Positions 25,260-38,227 are shown, counted from the first letter of the whole stretch. The stretch: DNA of 63,635 nucleotides, filler included, from Chiloscyllium plagiosum (GCF_004010195.1; 6 parts of one record of this genome joined end to end with filler, not necessarily neighbours in it), one strand, 5' to 3'. Made by a program: numbers and translations. Notes: a model not told the origin generated them from the sequence alone.

Positions 25260-26290
25260 CAGAAACAAAGTGCCAGCTCTCAGACGCCTCTTCCTATTCT
25301 CACATAAGATCACGACCCCACCATTCAACCACCAGGTGATTATGTCCACAATGGTCACTAATATCATTTCAGCTGGTGATCTTCCCCCAGCTGCCTGCAA
25401 GCTCACAGTCCCCTAACCCTACACAGCCCACTTCTATCTCCTTTACAAAATCCAAAAAAGGAAGGCACGGGCAGACCCATTGTTTCTGCCTGCTTCTGCC
25501 CCACAGAACGCATCTCTTCCTACCTTGGTTTGATTTTTTTCTCCCTTTATCTGGCCTCTACCCATTGACATTTAAGATTCTTCTGAAGCTTTATGTCATT
25601 TTCAGAATTTCCAGTTCGTGGGTCCTCTTCTTTACCATGGACATTCTGTTCATCAAAATGACTTTGAGCTTCTTGTTGCCTGCCACTGCAATACATCACC
25701 ATGCTCCCTGGCCAACATCTCTGTCTCAGGCTTGATGCAGTGTTCCAGTGAAGCTCAGTGCAAGCTGGAAGAATAGTAGATCATTTTCTGCTCAGGGACT
25801 CTGCAGCTTTCGGGACTCAATATCGAGTTCAATAATTTTAGGGCCTGAGCACCTTACCCCAATTCCTTAAACATTTCCCACATACCAGGCTTTGTCATCA
25901 CAATGGCTCTTGCCACAATCATTCCTGAAGAAGGGCTTATGCCCGAAACGTCGATTCTCCTGTTCCCTGGATGCTGCCTGACCTGCTGCGCTTTTCCAGC
26001 AACACATTTTCGGCTCTTGCCACAATCAACCCACTGTCAGTTACTAATGGTCCCCATTAGCAGCTACTGATTCCCCAGGATAATCTTTACCCATTCCTTT
26101 GCCTGTCCAACTGCTATTCTTTCTCTCTGGGCTTCATCTCCACGTGTCATTCCTCCTCCAACGTACACCCCATCTTCAGGAATATATACCAATCTTTTCC
26201 AAGCTACAATCAGTTCTAAAGAAGAGTCACTGGACCTGAAATGTTAACTCTACTTTCTCTCCACGGATTTTGCCAGACTTGTTGAATTTC
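25260..26290 (+). mobile_element. Old Penelope-like remnant
   Basis: Decayed PLE RT/GIY-YIG-like DNA (cagtgttccagtgaagctcagtgcaagctggaagaa). A terminal hammerhead-like motif lies at 26212-26249. Confidence 0.6.
25925..25952 (+). ncRNA. Minimal hammerhead ribozyme motif (family A), intact core
   Basis: CTGAAGA-a-GGGC-ttat-GCCC-GAAAC-GTC at the start of a ~90-bp insert with 17-bp TSD ggctcttgccacaatca (25905-25921 and 26012-26028). Confidence 0.75.
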
Positions 26291-27087
26291 TTCAGCAATT
26301 TCTGTTCTTGTTTCAGATAGGGCTGTGTTCACTGGGGAGTATTTCTGTTGACAGTAACAAACCTCACCCCAGTTACAATTGTCATTATTCTGGACAAATG
26401 TCAAATATAGCAACCTTGTGTTTTAAAAAAGGTAGGCCTCTTAGGATTCATTTGAGCGACAATTTCTTCACTCAGAGTTGTAGGAAGTAAAGAAAAGTCA
26501 GAGAAACTGAAGAAAAGTGGGCTCTGATTGGTCTAGTATCTGTGAACAGAGCAACTCAAGCTTTAGTTTCATTGAAAAGGGTGGAGAAATTCCTTTTGGT
26601 TGTCATTTTTGAGGTTACGTAAGTGTCTTGGGTGATACTTCCCTGCATTCTCAATTACAACATCTTGGCCAATCAGAATCCACTTACCAACCATCACCAA
26701 GCTGGTTTGTGTGTAGTTTAATTTAAATAGTTTCCCCTTTAAAATTAGATATTCTTGCCTCTGTCCTGATGAGTGCACAATAATCTTCAACAGCATCTCT
26801 TTTGCCATCAACTTAGTTCTGCGTGACCAAATTTCTCCATAGGTAAATACTCAAAAGAACTGGTCAACACTGATTGTCTTTAAACATAAAGTGTCTTAAA
26901 CTTATTTTTAAAAATATTTGTAGTGTTTATTAATGTTTCTTTAATGTTTATGCCATTAAGGTATTTATCCCTACTTTGTTAAAATGGTTTACCAATGTTT
27001 ACCAATATGCTAAGCAATGTTGCTTTGCTTGTGACTGTCTGCAACAATTGAGTCGGTAGCTGTCCCCTTTAAAGTACCACTGCAAGT

Positions 27088-27420
27088 TTAAATGTACTTA
27101 GCAATGAGATGCACAGGTAAGGCAGAAAAACAAGAATCATTGATGTTAGTCATTTGATTCATTTGCCCATTAAAATCAATTATAGGAATGCTTGAGGTTG
27201 TTGAAGTTGCAAATCTTGACCTTTCTGTCTCTTGGTAACAGTACACCAAATACTCACATTTTCGGCTCAGGTCTTGTTGAATTTTGATACACCCCATCTT
27301 ATGCTCCTGTTCCATTTTTTTCATCTCTAATAACAGCTTCTCAATATGATTTTTCTGCTCCTGCAAACATATTGTAATGATCTCCATCATTCTTTGAGCA
27401 TAGGGATCACATTTCACAAC
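27088..27420 (-). pseudogene. Candidate terminal coding exon (coiled-coil-like cytoplasmic tail) of the minus-strand gene
   Basis: Acceptor tattttggcAG, open phase-0 frame VVKCDPYAQRMMEII...KNHIEKLLLEMKKMEQEHK...AKYI*, and minus-strand AATAAA at 26926-26931. Linkage to the upstream exons is inferred. Confidence 0.55.
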
Positions 27421-27939
27421 CTGCCAAAATAGATTCTGTTGGAGGCAGCATATAGATATGATGTTGCTATCTCATTGCCTTGGTTGATGCATAGGATCAA
27501 TCAGCTCTGAAGTTGCAGCTGCCTCAGATTCGAGTTAAATTTTGCAACATTGCAGCTAGCAATATTTGTTACTGCTCATTGTAACACAATTGTTCCTTCT
27601 CATACTGACCTGATACACGGTAAGGGTGCTGGTAAGCTCAGTTGTCTGGACGGATTATTTGCAATGAAGTTCAATTCCAGCACCAGCTGAGGCTACTGTA
27701 AAGGTCCCACCTTCTCAACCTCATCCCTCACCTTAGGCATAGGAACTCTCAGATTAAATTACCACCAGTCATCTCCAATAAAAGAGGAGCCTGATAGTCT
27801 GCTCAGATGATGGTAATTTTATCTTTACATTCTGGTTCTTCACATATTTGGGAATTTATGTTGTGAAATACACAGATGAATTGGGCCATCTGTGGCCTGA
27901 GAAAGAAAGGAGATCAACAAGACTTATCTCTCATGTGGG

Positions 27940-28660
27940 ATTGAAAAAAGTTATCAATTTTGCTACCAACTTCCATCTTGGGCTCTGAACTTCACCTGAT
28001 CCATCTTTGACTCCTCACTTCCTCTCCTTCAGGGGTAGGTTGGTCACCGATATGCAATACAAATCCATCGATTCCCACAGTTACCTCAACTATACCTGCT
28101 CACACCCTGCTTCTTGTAAGAACTCCATTCCATTCTTCCAATTTCTCTGTCTCTGTTGCATTTGTTCTGATGATGCCACCTTTCACATGGGGGCATCAGA
28201 CACCTTCACCTTTTTCCTCAATCGAGGGTTCCCTGTGACCGTGGTTGACAGACCATCAGTTGTGTCAAACCCATTTCTCACACTTCTACTCTCACTCCCT
28301 CCCTGCCACAACCGTGATAGGAACCCCAACTCTTCTCTTTTCACCCCACCAGCCTCTGCATGCAAAGTATCATTATCCACCATTTCCAACACCTCCAGCA
28401 GGGTGTCATCACCAGTCATATATTCTCTTCCATTACAAACCCACCGACTCCCACAGTTCCCATGGTTATACATTCTCACAAAGCATTCTGAAGGGTTATT
28501 GGACTGGAATGTCAACTCAGTTTTCTCTCCACAGATGCTGCCAGACCTGCTGAATTTCTCCATCAAATTCTGTTTTTATTTCCCTCTACTCCCTTGTCAG
28601 CATTCTGCAGATATTGTTTCCTTCAGGATACCCTGGTTCACTCCTTCACTTGTCAGCACA
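27940..28660 (+). mobile_element. Penelope-like RT C-terminal remnant
   Basis: ORF 28007..28699 YKSIDSHSYLNYTCSHPASCKNSIPFFQFLCLCCICSD...FFLNRGFP. Confidence 0.75.
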
Positions 28661-28947
28661 GAGGAAGGGCATCCCTCGATCAGGACAACTGGTGCCTGAA
28701 TGGAAGACTTGACATAGGGCAAGGGCATGTCTGCTGGAAGCCAGACACTGCCCTTGCTTTCAGTGCTCCCTCTTCCTGCGAATCAGTAAAGAATGTGGCT
28801 TTTATTTTTATGTACTTTGGATTGTGGACTGAAATGAGAAAAGGCATGTTTTAAAATCTAAGGATTGTGCATATGATTATTGAACATTTTAAAAGCAAAG
28901 TATCTGACATTTGGTGTTAAGCGCTGTTTTATACTGCTTTTTGTTCA

Positions 28948-29272
28948 ATCATAGAATCCCTACAGTATGGAAGGAGGCCATTTGGCCCATCAGATCCACA
29001 CTGACCTTCCAAACAGCATCCTACCCAGACCCATCCTATCCCTGTAATGCTGCAAATCCCATGGTTAACTCGCCCATCCTGTGCATCCCTGGACAGTATG
29101 AACAATTTAGCATGGTCAATGTACATAGCCTGCATATCTTTGGACTTTGGGAGGAAACCCACGCAGATACAGGGAGATTGTGTAATCTCCACACAGACAG
29201 TTGCCCAATTGAGTCCAGGTCCCTAGCGCAGTGAAGTAGCAGTGCTAACTACTGAGCCACTATGCCATCCCA
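28948..29272 (-). mobile_element. Older HE1-type SINE
   Basis: Diverged V-SINE body and tRNA-like head (gcagtgctaactactgagccactatgcc). Confidence 0.7.
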
Positions 29273-29519
29273 AGATTACTCACTGCAGACAACGTGGAGC
29301 AAAGAGATTTTTTAAATGGAAATTTGGCTGGCAACAAGTAGTGGATTGGTTTGTGGAATGGTGACCAGAAGTACTTACCAACAGATATGTAATTGGCTTC
29401 CAGACAGCTGAATAGCTTGTGCACATGAATGTTTGGTCAGAAGCTATAGGCCACCGAAAAGGAAAGAGCTGCCCTTTACTCTGCTTTAAAAAGCATCTCA
29501 AACCTGAAGAAACCCTGAC

Positions 29520-29860
29520 GGGCATAGTGGCTCAGTGGTTAGCACTGAAGCCTCATGGTGCCAGGGACCCATTTTCAATTCTAGCCTCGGGCAACTGTCT
29601 GTGTGGAGTTTGCACATTCTCCCCATGTCTGCATGGGCTTGCTCCGGTTTTCTCCCACAATCCAAAGATGCGCAGGTTAGGTGGAATGGTCATACTAAAT
29701 TGCCCATGATGTCCAGGGATGTGCAGGCTAGGTGGTTTTGCCATGGGAAATTAGGATTATAGGGTATCGTAGGGTGGGTTTAGGTGGAATGCTCTTCAGA
29801 AGGCCTGTATGGGCTCAACGTGCCAAATGGCCTGATTCCATACTGTAGGGATTCGATGAA
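29520..29860 (+). mobile_element. Older HE1-type SINE
   Basis: ggcatagtggctcagtggttagcactg...tgtgtggagtttgcacattctcccc. Confidence 0.75.
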
Positions 29861-30659
29861 ACCTCTCTTCAGTTGCTCTAACCTGCGGCTTTTAACCAAT
29901 ATGTCAGAGACTTTATAAGTGTGAACCACTCATCTCAAATCTCCTGCAAGAATGTGAAAGTACCTGGAGAAGACTGTTCCAGGAACAAAAGGTGCTGACA
30001 AGCCAAAAGGATTATCTTAGGGAATGCTATGGACAGGGACCATTGGACTATCCTCCCAGTCTTTCCTTCTATCCATGACATTTAAATTTCCTTTGAGTGC
30101 GAGCAGCAGCTAAGGTAAGACAGTTTGTTTTAAAATTACTTACCGGTAGCGGGCAGCGGTGTTTTTTTCTCTCTTTACAGAAAGAGCGGGAGCAGCAGGG
30201 GGAAGTGACGAAGACCAGAGGGGCAGCCGGGTAGGTTTTTTTCCCTTNNNNNNNNNNNNNNNNNNNNNNNNNNNNNNNNNNNNNNNNNNNNTTAATTAAT
30301 TAANNNNNNNNNNNNNNNNNNNNNNNNNNNNNNNNNNNNNNNNNNNNCCCAGCACCGATCCTTGTGGCACTCCACTGGTCACAGCCCTCCAGTCTGAAAA
30401 ACAACCCTCCACCACCACCCTCTGTCTTCTACCTTTGAGCCAGTTCTGTACCCAAATGGCTAGTTCTCCTTGTATTCCATGAGACCTAACCTTGCTAATC
30501 AGTCTCCCATGGGGAATCTTGTCGAATGCCTTACTGAAGTCCATGTAGATCACATCTACTGCTCTGCCCTCATCAATCTTCTGTTACTTAGTTATTTTGT
30601 TGTTTATTTCCCTCCCCAATGTGATGATATTAGGTGTGATCTACCATTGACTTTTTCTT

Positions 30660-31405
30660 CTTAGAATTTCTAATTTCCACCCAAATGGATTCAACCTTAT
30701 TCTCCATACACTGCCCTGATCTCATCCTTGAATATCAGAGCTACACCACCTCCCTGACCTTTCTGTCTGTCTTTCTAAATAGTCTGATACTCCTGGATAT
30801 TTAACTCCCAGTCATGACCATCCTGTAACCATGACACCATAATGGCTACTAAATTTGTGATGATTTGTGCTATTAACTCAACAACCTTGTTACGAATGCT
30901 ACGAGCATTCAAGTAAAGTGCCCTTTTTCTCGCTTTCTTACCCTCATGATTTCTAACATCTCTAATAATATCTCCTGAGTTATCCTTCCTTTTTACTTCT
31001 TTCATAGTCTATCTTGAACTTAAACCCTCCTGCACACATGCTAACCTGCTTACCTTTTTATTTACCATCATACTTCCTGTCGTTTTCCCTTTCCCTTCCT
31101 TCCAAATCACTAGTTTAAAGTCCTAGTGATCACCCTATTTATCTTTTTCATTAGATCGGTTCAGGTAGTGACTGCCCCAGCAGTACTGATCCCCTTGGTT
31201 CCAAAACTGATGCCAATGCCCTATGAAATGGAACCTGTCTTTCCCACACCACTCTGTTAGCCACATGTTTACTTCCCTAATTTTCTTATCCCTAAGTGAA
31301 TTTGCACGTGGCTTAGGCAGTAATCCGGAGATTATGACCCTCAAGGATCTGTTCCTTAATTTTGTTCCTAGTGCTTGATAATCCCCAAACAGGTCCTCCA
31401 TCCTA
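30660..31405 (-). mobile_element. CR1 ORF1 (SGNH esterase) / ORF2 start remnant
   Basis: ORF 31135..31401 LRVIISGLLPKPRA...VNMWLTEWCGK..F.FIGHW and ORF 30775..31005 LYLNARSIRNK. Confidence 0.8.
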
Positions 31406-31409
31406 TCCT

Positions 31410-32665
31410 CATAACAGACGAAGAGATGGCAGATCAGTTCAACAAATACTTTGAATCTTTCTTCATTAAGTAGGATACAAGTAATCTTCAGGAAATACTA
31501 GGGGACAGAGGTCTGAAGGAGGAACTGAAGGAAATCCTTATTAGTCAGGAAATAATATTGGTGAAATTGATGGGATTAAAAGATGGTAGTTCCCCAGGGC
31601 CAGATACTGCGCATCCCAGAGTACTTAAGGAAGCCCCAGAAATAGCGGATGCATTGGTGATCATTTTCAAGCACTCTGTAGACTCCAGAACAGTTCCAAT
31701 GAATTGGAGTGTCGCTAATGTAATCCCATTCTTTCAAAAAGGTGGGAGAGAGAAAATGGTAAATTATAGGCTGGTTAGCCTGACATCTTTGGTGGGGAAA
31801 ATGCAGTCAATTATTCAGGATGTAATAACTGAGCATTTGGAAAGTAGTGGCAGAATCAGTCCTAGTTAACATGGATTACTAAAGAGAAATCATGCTTGAG
31901 GTTGTGATAAAGGTGAATCAGTAGGTGTTGTGTATCTGGATTTTCAAAAGGCTTTTGACAAGGTTCCATACAAGAGATCAGTAAGGAAAATTAAACCTCA
32001 TGGTATCAGAGGTAATTTATTGACATGGATAGAGAACTTCTTGGCAGACAGGATGCAGAGAGTTGGACTAAACTGGTTCTTTTCAGAGTGGCAGGCAGTG
32101 ACGAGTGGGGTACCACAGGGTTCCGTGCTGGGACCTCCGCTGTTTACAATAAACATTAATGATTTGGATGATGTAATGGAGTGCAATATCTCCTCATTTG
32201 CAGATGACATTAAGCTGGGTGACAATATGTGCTGTGAGGAGGATGCTAAGAGGCTGCAGAGTGACTTGGACAGACTGGTTGAGTGAGCAAATACTTGGTA
32301 AGTGCAATATAATGTGGATAAATGTGAGGTTATCCACTTTGGTCAAAAAACGGAAAGGCACATTATTGTCTGAATGGCAGCAGTTTAGGAAAAGGTGAGA
32401 TGCAACGAGACCTGGGTGTAATGGTGGAGCAATCACTGAAGGTTAGCAATGCAGGTGCAACAGGCAGTGAGGAAAGCTATTGGCAAGCTGGCCATAATTG
32501 CGTAGGAATGTCTTGCTACAGTTACACAAAACCTTAGTGAGGTCACACCTTGAGTATTGTGTGCAGTTTTGGTCTCCTAGTCTGAGGAAGGATATTCTTG
32601 CTATTGAGGGAGTCCAGAAGAAGTTCACCAGACTGATTCCTGGGCTTGAAGGGATGAATGGTCTA
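31410..32665 (+). mobile_element. CR1 ORF2 RT fragment
   Basis: SPGPD..HPRVLKE; YLDFQKAFDKVP...GVPQGSVLGP...FADD; LVRSHLEYCVQFWSP. Confidence 0.9.
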
Positions 32666-32987
32666 CCCTGCACCCATTTTCTGTTTTTATGTTTTTCACC
32701 TTGTTCTTCTAACTTGTGGATTATTTCAACTTTGTCAACAGAAAATGACCATACATAGTTGTTTCTTTCTTTCTGCTTTTACTGAGAAATTATTTTTAAA
32801 TACTTAGATTACCTTAAGAAGATCAGGATCAATTCCATTGATTTTGGGTACAGGAACAGGAGGCAGGAAAAACAGCTTCAGTCTGAAAAGTATATTAAAG
32901 ATTTTCATTTAACATACATTCAAAATACATTATAGGATAAATCTTTCCCTTGCTCGAATTAATGTTGCTACAGTACTTAGAACTTAC

Positions 32988-33217
32988 AGCAAAATCATTC
33001 ACCATTTTACCAATGCGTCTGTGACTTGTCTGTAACATCTGCCAATGCAGGAATTGCTTGATGTTCCCTTTTCAGAAATTGAGAAGTCATTGTGGGGTGA
33101 TTGACATGATGTCGACTTGTGTAACGTTGACCAGTGGAACATCAACTTTCTAAACCTTAACTGGGAGCTCACGGTTAAAGGAGAAGCTTGGTGTAACAGG
33201 GAAACCACAAAACCGAG
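32988..33217 (-). pseudogene. Candidate exon of minus-strand gene (frame broken)
   Basis: Long polypyrimidine tract ending cccccAG at 33218. Donor gct|GTAAGT at 32987, with an alternative ttg|GTaaaa at 33010. No frame fits both neighbouring exons without a frameshift. Confidence 0.4.
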
Positions 33218-34986
33218 CTGGGGGAATGAGTGAGTAACAGGAGAGAAGAGAAATATGTTTTAAATGGAATGGTAGGCTGCAGCTCAGGATCAGTTGTTTT
33301 AAATACTGAAACGGAAGTCTCCCAACAACAAGTGGACAAAGGCAATATATGTTAGCACCAAGATAAATAAGTGACAATGATGCCATTTGACTTCTGATTT
33401 ATGCTGTTACCTAATTATGCTGTTATCTTAGTTGAGGCCAAGACAGGTTATTGCTGCTGATCACATATGGACATTACAGCATCATAAAAAGAGAGTTGTA
33501 AGAGCTAGGCTATTTATTCTTACAGCCTGTTCAGCCAATCAATAATTGTGGCTCTGTTCTACTTCAAAACCATCTTCATATACTATCCTCATATTCCTTA
33601 GATGAAAGGATAATAATAATTATAACATCATCCACAACAACCTCGATGTCTATAGCGATAATGTCAAGGACTGCGAATATTGAACATTGTTTAAAAAATG
33701 AAGGAAGGGATAGCCTTAGTAATTACTAGCTAGTAAGTCAGCCTAAATTTGTAGTGGGCAAATTATTGGAAGAAAGTTCTGAAAAAGTATAAACTACTGT
33801 TTGAGGAGATGTGGATGAATTAAGAAGAATCATAGATTTTTAAGGGAAGGGCATATTGAATTTTTCTGTACCATTAAAACTCAGGAAGGAGACCTAGGTG
33901 CTTCTTGATACATCCAAGCAAGATGAGAGCTCAGAGAAAAACCCAGGGGCAGCACAATGAGTGAAGCTATCTATCAGTGAAAATTTTAAATTGTCCTGTG
34001 AAAGTATTTTCACAAATCCAGGGCAGTGTAGTCCCAGAAAATGAAAGTGATTGACCAAAATATGGAAAGTCACTGAGACAGTCTGAAGGGGAGCAGATTT
34101 TTGCAGTTTATCAAAAGTGATGAATTGTAATCTGTTAAGTTTTCATTAGGTTAGTGACCCATCATGTCACTAACGTCTGGTTGGAGGATTACTGAAAACT
34201 CCATTGCATCTGTCTTAATTGTATTTACGGTTTGATGACCTTTGTGGGATGTTTGATCACAGTTTGTTTGTCATATTTGCTTGATGTTGATTTGAATGTT
34301 AGACGATAGAATTATAGAGATAGAAAGCACGGAAACAGACCTTTTGGTCCAATGCATCCATGCTGACCAAGTTTCCCAAACTAAACTAGTCCTAATTTCT
34401 TGCATTTAGCATGTATCCCTTTCCTCTGGCAGTTCATTCCACATACTAACCACCCTCTGTGTTAAAAAAGTTGCCCCAAGATCCCTTGTTCAGTTTTTCT
34501 CCTCTCACCTTAAAAATATGCCATCGAGTTTTGAAGTCTTCTATCTTAGAGAAAAACCTTTACAATTTACCTTATCTTTGCTCCTCATGATCTTATTAAC
34601 CTCTATAAGGTCATCCTTCAACCTCCTATGCTTCAGTGAAAAAAGTCTCAGACTATCCAGCCTCTCCTTATAACTGAAACATTCCAGTCTCGGCAAGATA
34701 CTTGCAAATAGTTTCTGAACTCTCTCCAACTTAATAGTATTCTTTCTATCGTAGGGCATCCTAGACTCTACACATCACTCCAAAACTGGCCTCAGAAATC
34801 TCCTGCACAACCTCAACATGACGTCTCAACTCCTATACTCAATGGTCTGTGCAATGAAGGCAAGCATGCTAAACGTTTCCTTAACCATCCTGTCCCAACC
34901 TGTCCAAACTTTCAAAGAACTCTGTACCTAAACCCTGAGGTGTCTCTGTTCTACAACTGTATCCAAGTCCCTACCATTAACTGTAT

Positions 34987-36959
34987 CAACGGGTTTTGAG
35001 CAGTCAGGTTGAAGTTCTGGATGCAAGGAAACACTAACCAAAGACACATACACCAAACACCACCAACTTCATCAGCAAGGACAATATCATCAAGCTAGTG
35101 GACCTATGCCTTACCATCCACTTCACCTTCAACAACAAAATCTACAGACAAACCAACGGAACACCCATGGGATCTCCGATATCAGGGTTCTTAGCAGAGA
35201 CAGTAATGCAGAGACTTGAAAAAACAGCTCTGCCAACCATCCAACCCAAACTTTGGGTCCACAAAGTGGATGACACTTTCATCATCACTAAATGAAACAA
35301 ATTTAAGGAAACCTTCAACACCATCAATAATACGTTTACTGGCATAAAATTCACTAAAGAGGAGGAAAACAACAACAAACTGCCACCCCTAGATGTCGCA
35401 ATAGAACGAACAGCGAAGGGGGAACTTCACATACTGACCAACACATACTGACCAAATACTGAACTACAGAAGCAATCATCCCAACACCCACAGACAAAGC
35501 TGCATTAAAACATTATTTCAATGAGCCACCACACACTGCAGCACTGAGGAACTACGCAGAGCAGAGGAAAATCACCAAAAAGAATGGGTACCCAATGAAT
35601 ATTGTCCACCAATTTCTCAGCAACAAAACCCAACAAGCAGACAAAACATGTCCAGAAACCGTAGCCACTCTCCCCTACATCAAAGATACTTCGGAAATGA
35701 CTGCCTGACTACTCAGACCCCTTGGCATCATGGTAGCCCACAAACCCACCAACACACTAAAACAGCAGCTAATGAACTTGAAAGACCCTTTACAGACAAA
35801 AAGCAAAACTAATGTCATTTACAAAATACTGTGCAAGGACTGTAACAAACACTACATTGGACAAACAGGCAGAAAATTAGCCATCAGGATATATGAACAT
35901 CAACTAGCCAAAAAAGACATGAACAACTGTCACTAGTATCTTTACATACAGATGAGGAAGGACACCACTTTGACTGGGACAACACATTCATCCTAGGACA
36001 AGCGCAGCAGGTCAGGCACATCCAGGGAACAGGAGAATCGACGTTTCGGGCATAAGCCCTTCTTCAGGAATGAGGAAGGTTTGTCCAGCAGGCTAAGATA
36101 AAAGGTAGGGAGGAGGGACTTGGGGGAGGGGCGTCGGAAATGCGATAGGTGGAAAGAGGTCAAGGCGAGGGTGATAGGTCAGACTGGGGTGGGGGCGGAG
36201 AGGTCAGGAAGAAGATTGCAGGTTAGGAAGGCGGTGCTGAATACGATGGATTTGACTGAGACAAGGTGGGGGGAGGGGNNNNNNNNNNNNNNNNNNNNNN
36301 NNNNNNNNNNNNNNNNNNNNNNTTAATTAATTAANNNNNNNNNNNNNNNNNNNNNNNNNNNNNNNNNNNNNNNNNNNNAACCTGCAATCTTCTTCCTGAC
36401 CTCTCCGCCCCCACCCCAGTCTGACCTATCACCCTCACTTTGACCTCTTTCCACCTATCGCATTTCCGATGCCCCTCCCCCAAGTCCCTCCTCCCTACCT
36501 TTTATCTTAGCCTGCTGGACAAACTTTCCTCATTCCTGAAGAAGGGCTTATGCCCGAAACGTCGATTCTCCTGTCCTTGGATGCTGCCTGACCTGCTGCG
36601 CTTTTCCAGCAACATATTTTCAGCTCTGATCTCCAGCATCTGCAGACCTCACTTTCTCCATCCTAGGACAAGCCAAACAGAGACACACATAGGAATTTCG
36701 AGAAGCATGACATTCTAACCGGAACTCTATCAACAAACACATTGACTTGGATCCCATTTACTAGCCTCTGTGAAAAAGAACAGTAAATGATATTACCACA
36801 AGAAATGGCATCACCAACCCAAGGAAACCTAAACACATAAATAGAAAGTGGGCCGTGCCACTAGTGCTTCATCTGGAGGCTCACTGATTATATTACTTAG
36901 CATGGTGACGAAATGTCTGAAAATGAATCTTCCAGCTCAGCAAGCAAACCTACATCCAG
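34987..36959 (+). mobile_element. Penelope/Poseidon-type element, 5'-truncated (RT + GIY-YIG)
   Basis: FNNKIYRQTNGTPMGSPISGFLAE...VDDTF (RT) and NVIYKILCKDCNKHYIGQTGRKLAIRIYEH (GIY-YIG). TSD ttaactgtat at 34977-34986 and 36960-36969. Terminal hammerhead-like motif at 36884-36917. Confidence 0.9.
36004..36658. mobile_element. Young family A PLE insert with inverted termini around a gap
   Basis: TSD catcctaggacaagc at 35989-36003 and 36659-36673. Intact hammerhead cores at 36040-36067(-) and 36536-36563(+). Confidence 0.8.
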
Positions 36960-37444
36960 TTAACTGTATGAGTCCTGTCCTTGTTCATCTTACCAAAAGC
37001 CACATCTCACAATTATCCAAATTAAACTCTATCTGCCATTCCTTGGCCCAGTGGATCAAGATCACTTTATAATCTTAGTAACCTTCTTCACTGTTCTCTA
37101 TAACACAAATGTTGGTGTTATCCGCAAACCATGCCTCCTAAATTCTCATCCAAATACTTTATATAAATAACACTGCAGAACACCACGGGCCAACAAGTAC
37201 TCCAGTCTGAAATACAACCCTCTTCCACAAACTCTGTCTCCTGTCATCAAGCCAATTTTGTATTCAATTGATAAACTCGCCTTGATTCCCATGTGATCTA
37301 ACTTTACTAAATAGTCTACCATGCTGAACCTTGTACATCAATATATTAACTTGGGCTTCTAGATTACTAACCCATGACATTACTATCTGCCCAACTATGT
37401 TAACTCCTAGGTCCCTCTGTTTCTGTACACTCTTTGTAACTGTG

Positions 37445-38052
37445 GCATGCACAGGAGTTGGGAGGTCATGTTGCAGCTGTACATGACATTGGTTAGGCCA
37501 CTGTTGGAATATTGCGTGCAATTCTGGTCTTCCTATTGGAAAGATGTTGTGAAACTTGAAAGGGTTCAGAAAAGGTTTACAAGGATGTTGCCAGGGTTGG
37601 AGGATCTGAGCTACAGGGAGAGGCTGAACAGGCTGGGGCTGTTTTCCCTGGAGCGTCGGAGGCTGAGGGGTGACCTTATAGAGGTTTACAAAATTATGAG
37701 GGGCATAGATAGGATAAATAGACAACGTCTTTTCCCTGGGGTCGGGGAGTCCAGAAACAGAGGATATAGGTTTAGGGTGAGAAGGGAAAGATATAAAAGA
37801 GACCTAAGGGGCAACTTTTTCATGCAGAGGGTAGTACGTGTATGGAATGAGTTGCCAGTGGATGTGGTGGAGGCTGGTACAATTGCAGCATTTAAGAGGC
37901 ATTTGGATGGATATATGAATAGGAAGGGATTGGAGGGCTATGGGCCGGGTATTGGCAGGTGGGAGTAGATTGGGTTGGGATATCTGGTGGGCATGGACGG
38001 GTTGGACCGAAAGGTCTGTTTCCATACTGTACATCTCTATGACTGTATGACT
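37445..38052 (+). mobile_element. Young CR1 (HER1-like) 3' end
   Basis: Uninterrupted ORF 37447..37968 ending HLDGYMNRKGLEGYGP, followed by the 3' UTR tail. Confidence 0.9.
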
Positions 38053-38227
38053 CTTACTGATTTTTATAGATGCAACACTGAAAGTATCCTATCTGGATGC
38101 ATCACAGCTTGGTATGGCAACTGCTCTGCCTAAGGCCAAAAGAAATTACAGTGAGTTGTGGCACAGTCCAGTCCATCACGAAAACCAGCCTCCATTGCAT
38201 TGTCTCAGTCTATACTTCCTGCTAGGC

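Larger units (their letters stand above)
34310..37330 (-). mobile_element. CR1 RT/3' end split by a Penelope insertion
   Basis: ORF 34541..34759. CR1 sequence resumes at 36970. Confidence 0.75.

Noticed and set aside
30292..30303. TTAATTAATTAA islands in the middle of N runs (also 36323-36334, 44182-44193, 54200-54211, 60629-60640)
   Set aside because: An identical palindromic 12-mer with stops in all six frames, centred in ~100-nt gaps. This is an artificial scaffolding spacer, not biology.
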